From Squalus acanthias (Eukaryota), in the NCBI GenBank assembly GCA_030390025.1, contig CM059434.1, positions 85,126,001-85,190,000 on the forward strand: DNA of 64,000 bases, given 5' to 3'. Positions 39,701 to 51,700 of this stretch are shown in pieces. Numbering within the stretch: position 1 is the stretch's first letter; each line of letters begins with the position of its first letter. A model generated the notes under the pieces. The model made no database searches. It was given only the letters and a program-made list of their open reading frames with translations, and was not told where the DNA came from. The position numbers were made by a program, and so were the translations under genes.

Positions 39701-42700
39701 CAGTCTCAGTTTTATGCATAAAGGTTGTGCGTCAAGGGTTGATCTGGCCACATGTATGATGCGACTATGTCAATCTTTGGAACTTCTAGGCCTCCATTGG
39801 CTGAAATAAACAAAATTGCCCTCAAAGCTGGTTTACTCTGGAATCTGAGGCAATTTTTTCCCATGTGTATTGCACTTCAAAAATGAAACAGTAGGGCTGA
39901 AGGGAAATAAATCATAAATTAAGTTATTTATTAGGAAGTCATTAAAGGCACTGCCTAGTCTAGCCCTCAACCATAATGACCAGGTTTGATTCTCGGTCAC
40001 GCAACGCAATTAAAAACTGATATGGAGTACTGTAACTTTCAAACTATTATAAAAACAGCAAATGCTGGAAATACTCAGCAGGTCGGCAGCATCTGTGGAG
40101 AGAGAAACAGAGTTAACGTTTCAGGTCGCTGATCTTTCGTCAGAACTGGAAAAAGATTTACAGAATTGACAGGTTATATCTATCAGGAAAAACTGAACGG
40201 GCTTCTCTAGAAAAGAGAAGGCTGAGGGTGACTTAGTAAAGGTCGTTAAAATTATCAAGGTATTGATAGGGTAGACAGAGAGAAGATGTTTCCACTTGTG
40301 TGGGAGTCCAAAACTAGGGGCCATAAATATAGATAGTCACTAATAAATCCAATAAGGAATTCAGGAGAAACTTCTTTGCCCAGAGAGTGGTTAGAATGTG
40401 GAACCCACTACCACATGGAGTAGTTGAGGCGCATAGCATTGATGCATTTAAGGGGAAGCTGGATAAACACATGAGGGAGAAAGGAATAGAAGGATAAAAG
40501 CCTGCGGTATCCAGGTAGGCCCCTCTTTTACAGCGGCGGACCTGGGCGAGAAGTGAGTGGAGCAGCGAGGCTAAAAAGCTATACAGGGTGATTGCTTTAA
40601 TAGTGCGGGTCGCAGTGGTTGCTGGGTAAGTTTTTTTTTTAAACCTGTATATAAGTTGGCGGTTTCTAAACCTGAGACACTACACTTGTAGTGTCCCCCA
40701 CTCTTCCACCTCCTCTAACCTAAAGGGGGTGAGTGTATATCAGGAGGCCCGGTGAGTATCTAAACTCACTTTCGCGGGCTTTTGTTTGCAGAGGCTGGTC
40801 GGGAGCGGAGAGAGCCGAGGCTCGGTGAGTATCTAAACTCACTTTCGCGGGCTTTTGTTTGCAGAGGCTGTGTCGGGAGCAGAGAGAGCCGAGGCCCGGT
40901 GAGTATCTAAACTCACTTTCGCGGGCTTTTGTTTACAGAGGTTTACCAATCTCAGACCGGCGGCGGCGTTCCAGAGCCACGTTACGATTCAAAACGTGAC
41001 GTGGGCAGGAGGGAGCGGCTGATTGGGTGAGTACGGCAGGTTAGTATTTATACTACTTTATAGTTTGATAGTTAAGGTTCATAGTTTATAAAGTTTCGAA
41101 GATCTTAATTTTGTGATTATAATTTCTAGTGCTAGTAACCAAGGGCCCTTGAGTAATTCATTTAATTGAGTGAAATTGGTGGTATTGATTTGATTTAGTT
41201 AAAGTTCAATTAATTAAAGGGTAAGTCATGGCAGGACAGCCCAGCCCCGTGTTGTGCTCCTCCTGCTCTATGTGGGAAATCAGGGACCCTTCCGGTGTCC
41301 CTGACGAACATGTGTGCGGGAAGTGTATCCAGCTGCAGCTACTGACAGCCCGCATTGCGGCGCTGGAGCTGCGGCTGGATGCATATTGGAGCATTCGCGA
41401 TGCTGAGAACCTCGTGGATCGCACGTTTAGTGAGTTGGTCACACCGCAGGTGAAGGGTGTACAGGCAGGAAGGGAATGGGTGACCACCAGGCAGAGTAGG
41501 AGGTGCAGGCAGGTAGTGCAGGGGTCCCCTGTGGCCATCCCCCTCTCAAACAGATATACCGCTTTGGATACTGTTGGGGGGAATGACTTAGGGGAAGGCA
41601 GCAGCAGCCAACTTCCTGGCACCATGGGCGGCTCTGCTGCACAGGCTGGGAGGAAAAAGAGTGGAAGAGCTATAGTGATAGGGGACTCAATTGTAAGGGG
41701 AATAGATAGGCGTTTCTGCGGCCGCAACCGAGACTCCAGGATGGTGTGTTGCCTCCCTGGTGCAAGGGTCAAGGACGTCTCGGAGCGGCTACAGAACATT
41801 TTGGAGGGGGAGGGCGAACAGCCAGCTGTCGTGGTGCACATAGGCACCAACGATATAGGTAAAAAAGGGGATGAGGTCCTAAAAGCAGAATATAGGGAGT
41901 TAGGAGGTAAATTAAAAAATAGGACCTCAAAGATAGTAATCTCAGGATTGCTACCAGTGCCACGTGCTAGTCAGAGTAGAAATAGGAGGATATTTCAAAT
42001 GAATACGTGGCTAGAGGAATGGTGCAAGGGGGAGGGATTCAAATTCCTGGGACATTGGAACCGGTTCTGGGGGAGGTGGGACCAGTACAAAGCGGACGGT
42101 CTGCACCTGGGCAGGGCCGGGACCGCTGTCCTAGGGGGAGTGTTTGCTAGTGCTGTTGGGGAGGATTTAAACTAATGTGGCAGGGGGTTGGGAACCTGAG
42201 CAGGGAGACAGAGGAAAGCATGTCAGGAAGGGACAGAAGGTATGGAGTAAAAGGTAAAGTGTTAAATAAGGAAAAAGCAGGAAGTAAGTGTCGCAAAACA
42301 CATTTGAAAGTTCTTTATCTGAATGCACGTAGCATTCATAACAAAATTGACGAGTTAATGGCACAAATAACTATGTATGGGTATGATCTTGTGGCCATTG
42401 CAGAAACATGGCTGCAGGGTGACAACGTCTGGGAATAAAATATGCCAGGGTATTTAACAATCAGGAAGGACAGGCAGGAAGGAAGGGGAGGGGGGGTGGC
42501 TATGTTAATAAAGGAAGGAATCACTGTAATACAGAGAAATGATATTGGGTCAAAAGATCAGGATAATGAAACAGTTTGGGTAGAGATAAGGAATGATAAG
42601 GGGAAAAAAACACTGGTGGGCGTAGTATATAGGCCTCCTAATAGTTGCAACTCTGTTGGAAGAAGTATTAATCAGGAAATAGTTGGGGCATGTAATAAGG

Positions 42701-45700
42701 GAACAGCTATAATTATGGGGGATTTTAACTATCATATTAACTGGACAAATCAAATTGGGCAGGGCAGCCTTGAGGAAGAGTTTATTGAGTGTCTTAGGGA
42801 TGGATTTCTTGAGCAGTATGTAACTGATCCTACAAGGGGGCAAGCAACCTTGGACCTGGTACTGTGTAATGAGTCTGGATTAATTAATAATATCCTAGTT
42901 AAGGATCCCCTTGGAATGAGTGACCATAACATGGTTGAATTCCATATCCAATTAGAGGGTGAGAAGGTTGGTTCTCAAACAAGCATACTGAGCTTGAATA
43001 AAGGAGACTATGATGGCATGAGAGCAGAATTGATTAAAGTGGACTGGGAAAATAGATTAAAGGGTAAGACGGTACATGAGCAGTGGTGTTCATTCAAGGA
43101 GTTATTTTACAACTTTAAAAAAATAAATATATTCCACTGAGGAAAAAAGGGTGTAAAAGAAATGACAGCCATCCATGGCTAAGTAAAGAAATTAAAGAAA
43201 GTATCCAACTAAAAACAAGGACATACAAGGTAGCCAAAGATAGTGGGAGGATAGAAGATTGGGAAGTCTTCAAAAGACAGCAAAAAGTAACTAAAGGATT
43301 GATTAAGAAAGGGAAAATAGACTATGAAAATAAATTAGCAAAAAATATAAAAACAGATAGCAAGAGTTTCTATAGTTATATAAAAAGAAAAAGGGTAGTT
43401 AAGGCAAACGTAGGTCCCTTAGAGGATGAGACCAGGAAATTAATGGTGGGAAACATGGAGATGGCAAAAATGCTGAACAAATATTTTGTTTCAGTCTTTA
43501 CGGTAGAGGACACTAAGAATATCCCAACACTGGACAAACAGGGGGCTCTAGTGGGGGGAGGAGCTAAATACGATTAAAATCACTAAGGAATTGGTACTCA
43601 GTAAAATAATGGGACTCAAGGCGGATAAATCCCCTGGACCTGATGGCTTACATCCTAGGGTCTTGAGGGAAGTGGCAGTAGGAATTGTGGATGCTTTGGT
43701 AATAATTTTCCAAAACTCCCTGAACTCAGCAAAGGTCCTGGCGGATTGGAAAACTGCTAATGTAACACCCTTATTTAAAAAGGGTAGTAGGCAGAAGGCT
43801 GGAAATGATAGACCAGTTAGCCTAACATCTGTGGTGGGTAAAATTTTGGAGTCTATTATTAAGGAGACAGTAACGGAACATTTAGATAAACATAATTTAA
43901 TAGGACAAAGTCAGCATGGCTTTATGAAGGGGAAGTCATGTCTGACAAATTTGCTCGAGTTCTTTGAGGACATAACGTACAGGGTGGATAAAGGGGAACC
44001 AGTGGATGTAGTGTATTTAGACTTCCAGAAGGCATTCGACAAGGTGCCACATAAAAGATTATTGCTCAAGATAAAAAATCACTGGATTGGGGGTAATATT
44101 CTGGCATGGGTGGAGGATTGGTTATCTAACAGGAAGCAGAGAGTTGGGATAAATGGTTCTTTCTCGGACTGGCAACCAGTAGCCAGTGGTGTTCCGCAGG
44201 GGTCGGTGCTGGGTCCCCAACTCTTTACAATCTATATTAACGATTTGGAGGAGGGGACCGAGTGTAACATATCAAAGTTTGCAGATGATACAAAGATGGG
44301 AGGGAAAGTAGAGAGTGAGGAGGACATAAAAAACCTACAAGGGGATATAGACAGGCTGGGTGAGTGGGCAGAGATTTGGCAGATGCAATACAATATTGGA
44401 AAATGTGAGGTTATGCACTTTGGCAGGAAAAATCAGAGAGCAAGTTATTATCTTAATGGCGATAAACTGGAAAGTACTGCAGTACAAAGGGATCTGGGGG
44501 TCTTGGTGCAAGAAAATCAAAAAGTTAGTATGCAGGTGCAGCAGGTGATCAAGAAAGCCAATGGAATGTTGGCTTTTATTGCTAGGGGGATAGAATATAA
44601 AAACAGGGTGGTATTGCTGCAGTTGTATAGGGTATTGGTGAGACCGCACCTGGAGTACTGCATACAGTTTTGGTGTCCATACTTAAGAAAAGACATACTT
44701 GCTCTCGAGGCAGTACAAAGAAGGTTCACTCGGTTAATTCCGGGGATGAGGGGGTGGACATATGAGGAGAGGTTGAGTAGATTGGGACTCTACTCATTGG
44801 AGTTCAGAAGAATGAGAGGCGATCTTATTGAAACACATAAGATTATGAAGGGGCTTGATCGGGTGGACGCGGTGAGGTGATGGGTGAAACTAGAACTAGG
44901 GGACATAATCTTAGAATAAGGGGCTGCTCTTTCAAAACTGAGATGAGGAGAAACTTTTTCACTCAGAGGGTAGTGGGTCTGTGGAATTTGCTGCCCCAGG
45001 AAGCTGTGGAAGCTACATCATTAAATAAATTTAAAACAGAAATAGACTGTTTCCTAGAAGTAAAGGGAATCAGGGGTTACGGGGAGCGGGCTGGAAATTG
45101 GACATGAGTTTGAGTTCGGATCGGTCATAGCCCTGTGGGTGGCGGAGTGGGCCCAGGGGCCTGGTCCTGCTCCTATTTCTTATGTTCTTATGATATATTG
45201 ATAGGGTGAGATGAAGTAAGGTGGGAGGAGGCTCGTGTGGAGCATAAACACCGGCACAGACCAGTTCGTCCGAATGGCCTGTTTCTGTGCTGTAGATTTG
45301 ATGTAATTCTATGATCACTGTCCACTGACCCTTGCTGGAAAGTCCACACAGTTAACGAGCTTGCTGATGTTCATTGTCTGGGCTCACGCATGAAGAGTGG
45401 CCCAATAGCATGAGCTACGAGGAGCAAGAGGTAATGGCTTCGGAAGAAGGGAAAAGAAGATAGAAAAAATAAAAGTGGTTGAATTGATTTGATTAGACAC
45501 AGATAAACTAAAGTACTATTGAAAGAAGAAAAATAAAAGGGAATAGGGATAAAGAACCGATAGGAGAAAAAGGAAAGACAGGCAAGAGCTTTAATGCCTG
45601 TGTTTTGAAAGATTTAATAGCAGGTCTCCTTGTTGCATTGCTGCTAGTACGGTGGGCGATGTTAGAATGAAAGGAGTATTGCAGAATGTATTATTCTGCT

Positions 45701-48700
45701 GCTAAGGTATCATTGTGTTTTAGGTGGTCTGTCCCGTTAAGACCAGAAAGTCTAACTACTACAATAAAAAAAAATAAAAAGAGAAAATGCTGGAAACGTT
45801 CAGCAGATCAGGCAGCATCAGTGGAGAAAGGAAGGTAGGATTAACGTTTCCGGTCAGGACTATCCACCCAAAACCTAAACCCGACCGTCCTCTCTCCACA
45901 GACGCTGCCTGACCTGCTGAGTGTTTCCAGCATTTTCTGGATTTTTTTTTTTTAAATTTCAGATTTCCAGCCTCTGCACTATTTTTGGCTTTTTGCTATA
46001 ATTAGACACATTCTGAAATCACTCCGTGTTTAATTGTTGTTTGTGCAGGGAACTTCTGAATGTGCTTGTAAGTTTCAGGCGGCGACTCTGAAGCATCCAG
46101 CATCGGTCACAATGTGTGAAGCCTGCACTGTGACATTAGCATGTGCTGCATTACTGCTTGCAAGACACTATCGATAGACATAGCTTTCCTACGAATTTTA
46201 CTTCTGCAGTATTGGGCTGGACAATAGCTACTGTTGGAATCCGGTGTCGTGTTATTGCTACTGTTGGAGGATTTTTTTTTTTACTATGATAGCCTGTGAG
46301 CTAAAACTTAAAATAAAAGCTGGCCCGGAGAGAACAGAATTATCTGGAGGTGTTGGCAGTCCCATGATGAATAAGATTGGAAGTTACAGCACAGCACATC
46401 TGTTTTGAGTTACACTGTGCAGAGCAGTCTTGGAGCGTAGATTTAATACAAACAATAGCACACAGAACCAAAGAATTTTCCAGCGCAGAAGGAAGTCATT
46501 TGACCCAACATGTCTTTGCTAGATCATTCCGAAAATGAATCCCACTGCCCTGTATCTGCTTCAAGTGTTGACATACTCTTTTGAAAGATGCAATGGCCTC
46601 TATTTCAACCCCCACTGTGGCAAATCACTCCACACTTACAACTTTCTGCAGCAATTATTGATCTGGACCTTTCTCTTGACTCCTATTCCGGCAACGCCTC
46701 GATTTTAAAATTCTCATCCTTGTTTTCAAATCCTTCCATGGCCTCGCCCCCTCCCTATCTCTGTAATCTCCTTCAGCCCTACAACCCTCCAAGATCTCTG
46801 TGTTCCTCCAATTATGACCTCTTGCACATCCCTGATTTAATTGCCCCACAATTGGTGACCATGCCTTCAGCTGCCTAGGTCCTAAGCTCTGAAAGTTCCT
46901 CCCTAAACCTCCGCCTCGCTACCTCTCTCTCCTCCTTTAAGACGCTCCTTAAAACCTACCTCTTTGACCTAGCTTTCGGTCACCTGTCCTAATATCTCCT
47001 TGTCAAATTTTGTTTGATAACACTTCTATGAAGCGCCTTGGGACATTTTACTGCGCAAAAGGCGCTATATAAATGCAAGTTGTTGTAGTTGACTCTCAAA
47101 GTGGCAATTTTTAATTGATTACCCCTCATCACCAACTCCTCAAACAGAGGAAATAGTCTTTCCCTATTCACCCTTTATGATTTAAAAAACTTCTATTAAG
47201 TCTCTTCTTAGGCTCCTCTGCTCAACTGGAAATAGTCCCAGTATCTCAGGTCTCTCCTCATAGCTATTATTTCTCATCTCTGCTATCATCTTGGTGAATC
47301 TACGCTGTACGCTCTCAAAGGTTTTGTTGTTCTATCTATAATGGAGCATCCAAATAGCACACAGTACTCTACTATGGTGTAACCACCGACACTTACAAAT
47401 TTGTTATAAACTCTTTGCTCTTGTACTTTAAGCCAAAATGCTATTGGCCTATTTCTATTGCTTTATCTACTTCCCCTGCACTGAACAGGAGTTATGTATT
47501 TTTATCCCTCAGTATCTCTGTTCTTCCACACCCTTCAGTGTCTTTTCATCGAGTGTCTGCACCCAGTCCTTATTTTTACTCCCAAAAAGCAGCACCTCAC
47601 ACTTCGACAGTAAACTGCATCTGCCGCCTGTCTGCCCATTCGGTTTAGGTTCTCCTGAAGTCTTTGACTGTCTTCCTCACTGTTTGCCAAACCCCTTACT
47701 CTTGAGCCATCAGTAAATTTTGATACAGTGTTTCCTATGCCCCCAACCCAAATCAGCCTTCTATATAGCAAGAACAAATGTAGATTCAGCAATGACCCCC
47801 CGGGGTGCACCACTTCCTGCTCTTCTCCCATCTGAGCAACACCCATTAATCCTAACCCTTTGTTTCCTGACCGTCAATCAATTTGCTATCTGTGCTGATG
47901 CCATAAAACTCAATTTTTGTAACAAGCCTCCTGTGAGATACCGTTTTGAATACCTTCTGAAAATCCATACAAACCACCTCTAATGCATTCCCTTTATCAA
48001 TAGAGCTAGTCACATCTTCAAATAAAATTCTAATAATTTTGCCTGTGACAAATTCATACAGAAACACAGAAATGACACGGACTCCCGCTTATTCATTCAC
48101 CAATTTGACACACTGCATAGAATTATACAGCACAGAAGGAGGCCCTTCTGCCCGTCATGCCTGTGCTGGCTCTTTGAAAGAAAGAGCATTACAGCAATCA
48201 TGTCATGGATGAGCCATGAGAATCAGTTTCCAAAGACACAGCCAAAGGGACGTTTCTCGCACACGGGAAGTACTTACAAAAGCAGGGAATGTTTCTGCTG
48301 GATGTTAGTAATCTGTTTTCTGGACCCTTCATCTATATCAGTGAAATACTGGCTGTACACTGCAGGAGCAGGTCGGCAAAACGTCACCAAGAGTGTGTCC
48401 GGGAAATCTATCTGCATTTAAAATGATACGAGTTGCATTTAGTATACTGGACACATACTTTACCACACTGACAATGAATAGTCTTGAAATTCATTGCCGT
48501 TATATTGCTACAATCTATAAAAGGGAGCAGCCAAATAAACATTTAAATGTACTAAAATGTGCATAACAATCAATCTATTTCAAAGTTATTCATTGTGTGA
48601 AGCACTTTAAGATGTTTCAACATGATGAGGTGCTATATAAATGCAACATTTTATTTATAAGTACCACAGATCACAAAGAAATCTGAGAATAGGAGAAGGC

Positions 48701-51700
48701 CGCTAATCTCCCCTAGTCTAGTGCTTCACTTGAGATCGCGGAATCTCGCCTCTGATTTACCAATCAATGGAAATAATCTACCCATGCGCACCTTATCTAT
48801 GCCTTTTATCATTTTGCACACCTCTGCTAAATCCGCCGTCAATCTTCGCAGCTTGAAAGAATATCACCTTGGGCGATGTAATCGCTCCATGTAACTCAGT
48901 CGCCTCATTTACAGTAAAGGTTTATGTTTCTGTTCCCAGTGAAAGACCAATGGCGCATTTGTACTGATTTATTGCTCACACTTGTCCTCCATACCAGAGC
49001 TATATGAACAGTAGCATTTGGCTCCCACTGGAACTACTTTCATAACAATCTCCTATACCTGGTAGGAAAATAAAGAAGGTCCACATATTGCAATTTTTAA
49101 TTCTCTGAGCAGTGAAACAGTTACCCTCTATAAATCAAAACACACAAAAAAAGTCTATTTATTAAAAAGTGCCCTTATGCTTACTATACATCATCAAATG
49201 TTGGGAATATAGCCAAGATTTTGAATTGTTTTGCAAGCAGGAATAAAGGATGACGTCTTCAGCTGAATAGAAACTTAACTCCAGAAACATTCACGTTTTA
49301 TCCCAGCTGATTAACTTCACTAAGGTTTATGCTGGACATTTTGTATGCTCCTTAATTGATCTATTTTGGTACGTGGCCACAACATTGTCCAGTCTTTCAT
49401 CTGAGCAAGGCACTGGAATAATTTTTCTTTTCTTGACAATTTTGCCTCACCATCTCCTGCCAGCATTGACTCCTTGCTGGCCACGGTTTCCATGGGCGCA
49501 GTCTACCCTCGAGTATTTCACCCAATTTCCCTACGTTCATGTTCAAGCCTTGGCAGCGCATATAGGCAGACAATGGAAGAGTGGGGGAGGGAACAAACCA
49601 CAGCCTGAAACTGTCCCCACTAGACATCTTGGAGATTGGGAGCGGAAACCTTATCTGATACTTCCACCCCCTCCTCCCACCCATCCTTAACCCAGTCCAA
49701 GAAATAAACATATATTAAAATAAGTTTTCAGCATTGACACAATAAATTGTTTATTCACTGGCACTCTGCACGACTATTCCTGCCAGTGATTACTGTTGGG
49801 ACATTGCCTTGGCCATAAGCTCCATTCTAGTACAGCACAACATGAAGATAAAATTGAAGTTCTGTGCCACTACAAAATTAAAAACGATAACCCCGAGCAC
49901 TATTTCAAGTTAAGCCATGACTGTAGGACAACGGGAAAGTAAGTACAAATTGATAAAAAGCAAGTTCAGGACTGATGTCAGGAAGAACTTCTTTCACATA
50001 AAGGCTGATTACTATCTGGATATGTCTCTATATCGGGTAGTGATGGCAAATACTCCGTGTGGGAACTTTCAATGTCGGTGGGGGCATAATACAGGCAGTA
50101 GCAGATCGGCCACCCGTTATTCACCCTGCCTGATTTATCGGACGAGGTGTATAATGGAAGGGTGATCTGCTAACGCCCATTTTACACTCCTGCTGAAGTG
50201 AAAAGTTCCACTGCATATTTCAAGAGGCAGGGTTGCTGTAAACATGGGGCTTGGTGGAGGTGCAGGGCGGGGGGTGGATTTTAGGCATCTGTGGAAGAAT
50301 GACTCAAAAAGCCAAATGGCCTCCGTCATCCATCTTTTATCTTGCGAGCAAATGGGATGATTGAAAAGCTGTAAAGGCTAGATTAATTGAAAATGTCAAA
50401 ACTGAGATTGATAGATTTTTTGTTAGGCAAGGGTATTCAGGGATATGGAACCAAGGCGGGTAGATGGAGTTAAGATACAGATCAGCCATGATCTAATTAA
50501 ATGAAGAGCAGGCTCCAAGGGCTGGATGGCCTACTCCTGTTCCTATCTTCCTAAAGCTTGGAGACTGCACCCTTCTTAGGGATGAGGCTGAACTGAAATT
50601 CTCAATCTGAATATTGGGTTAATTTGGATTTAAGAGAAAAAATAAGCTAGACCGTGGTTTTATTCAGACAATTTGAATTTAGACTTCATGTGCCCTGAGT
50701 GAAGAAGACGCTACCCCCATGCAGCCATTTAGTTAACTTTGTGCTGAAAGACTGTACAACTATTCATAAGTTCTGGGACTGACAACAGCAAGGGACTCAC
50801 TGCTCGGTGGGGCCTTTTGTTTATTCTCATTCACTTCATGTCAATATTCATCTGACACATGGTGGCTTAGTAATTATGTATCTGAGACACCTGTCCACCA
50901 ATGTTCCTCCTCATTTTTTTTTGGGTGCGCGGCCCCTTTAAGGGACTGTGCGGCCTATTCACAGTTTCGCACATGCGCAAAATTTAAAATGGGGAAAGCC
51001 GGTCCCGGAACACTGCTGTCCACCATGGTGATCTAGTGGGTCTCAGTAATGCCAACTCCACCGTCTCCTAAATCATGAGACAAGTTCTTAAAGATCATGA
51101 GATTTGGGAAGAAATCATGAGTTGGTATTTTTTGTTTTATAAACCTCATTAGTGACTTTATTTAAGAACATAAGAAATAGGAGCAGGAGTAGGCCATTCG
51201 GCCCCTCGAGCCTGCTCCGTCATTCAATAAGATCATGGCTGATCTTCTACTTCATCTCCACTTTCCTGCACTATCCCCATATCCCTTGATTACCTTAATA
51301 TTCAAAAATCTATCGATCTCTGTCTTGAATATACTCGGCATCTCCGCATCATTGAATATACTCAACGACTGAGCCGCCACAGCCCTCTAGGGTAGAGAAT
51401 TCCAAAGATTCACCAACCTCTGTGTGAAGAAATTTCTTCTCATCTCAGTCCTGAATGGCCGACCCCTTATTCTGAGACTGTGACCCCTGATTCTCGACTC
51501 CCCAGCCAGAGGAAACAGCCTCCCTGCATCTATCCTGTCAAGCGCTGTAAGAATTTTGTGTTTCAATGAGATAATTTAATCTCTAACAGGTCACAGCTCT
51601 TTACAAAATCTATATTACTGCATCTGAAAATGCTTTACAAAAAACTTTTTAAACATCCTACTTGTTCTCACCAATGTTCCCTTTAAGCTGTGCGGCTCCT

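Larger units (their letters stand above)
40497..45191 (+). mobile_element. Near full-length CR1 LINE (5' UTR, ORF1, ORF2, 3' tail)
   Basis: Two-ORF layout with an (ttcttatg) tail; possible short TSD gata. Confidence 0.92.

Noticed and set aside
41206-41850. Antisense ORFs over LINE and Harbinger coding regions
   Set aside because: They are shadow frames of real transposon ORFs.
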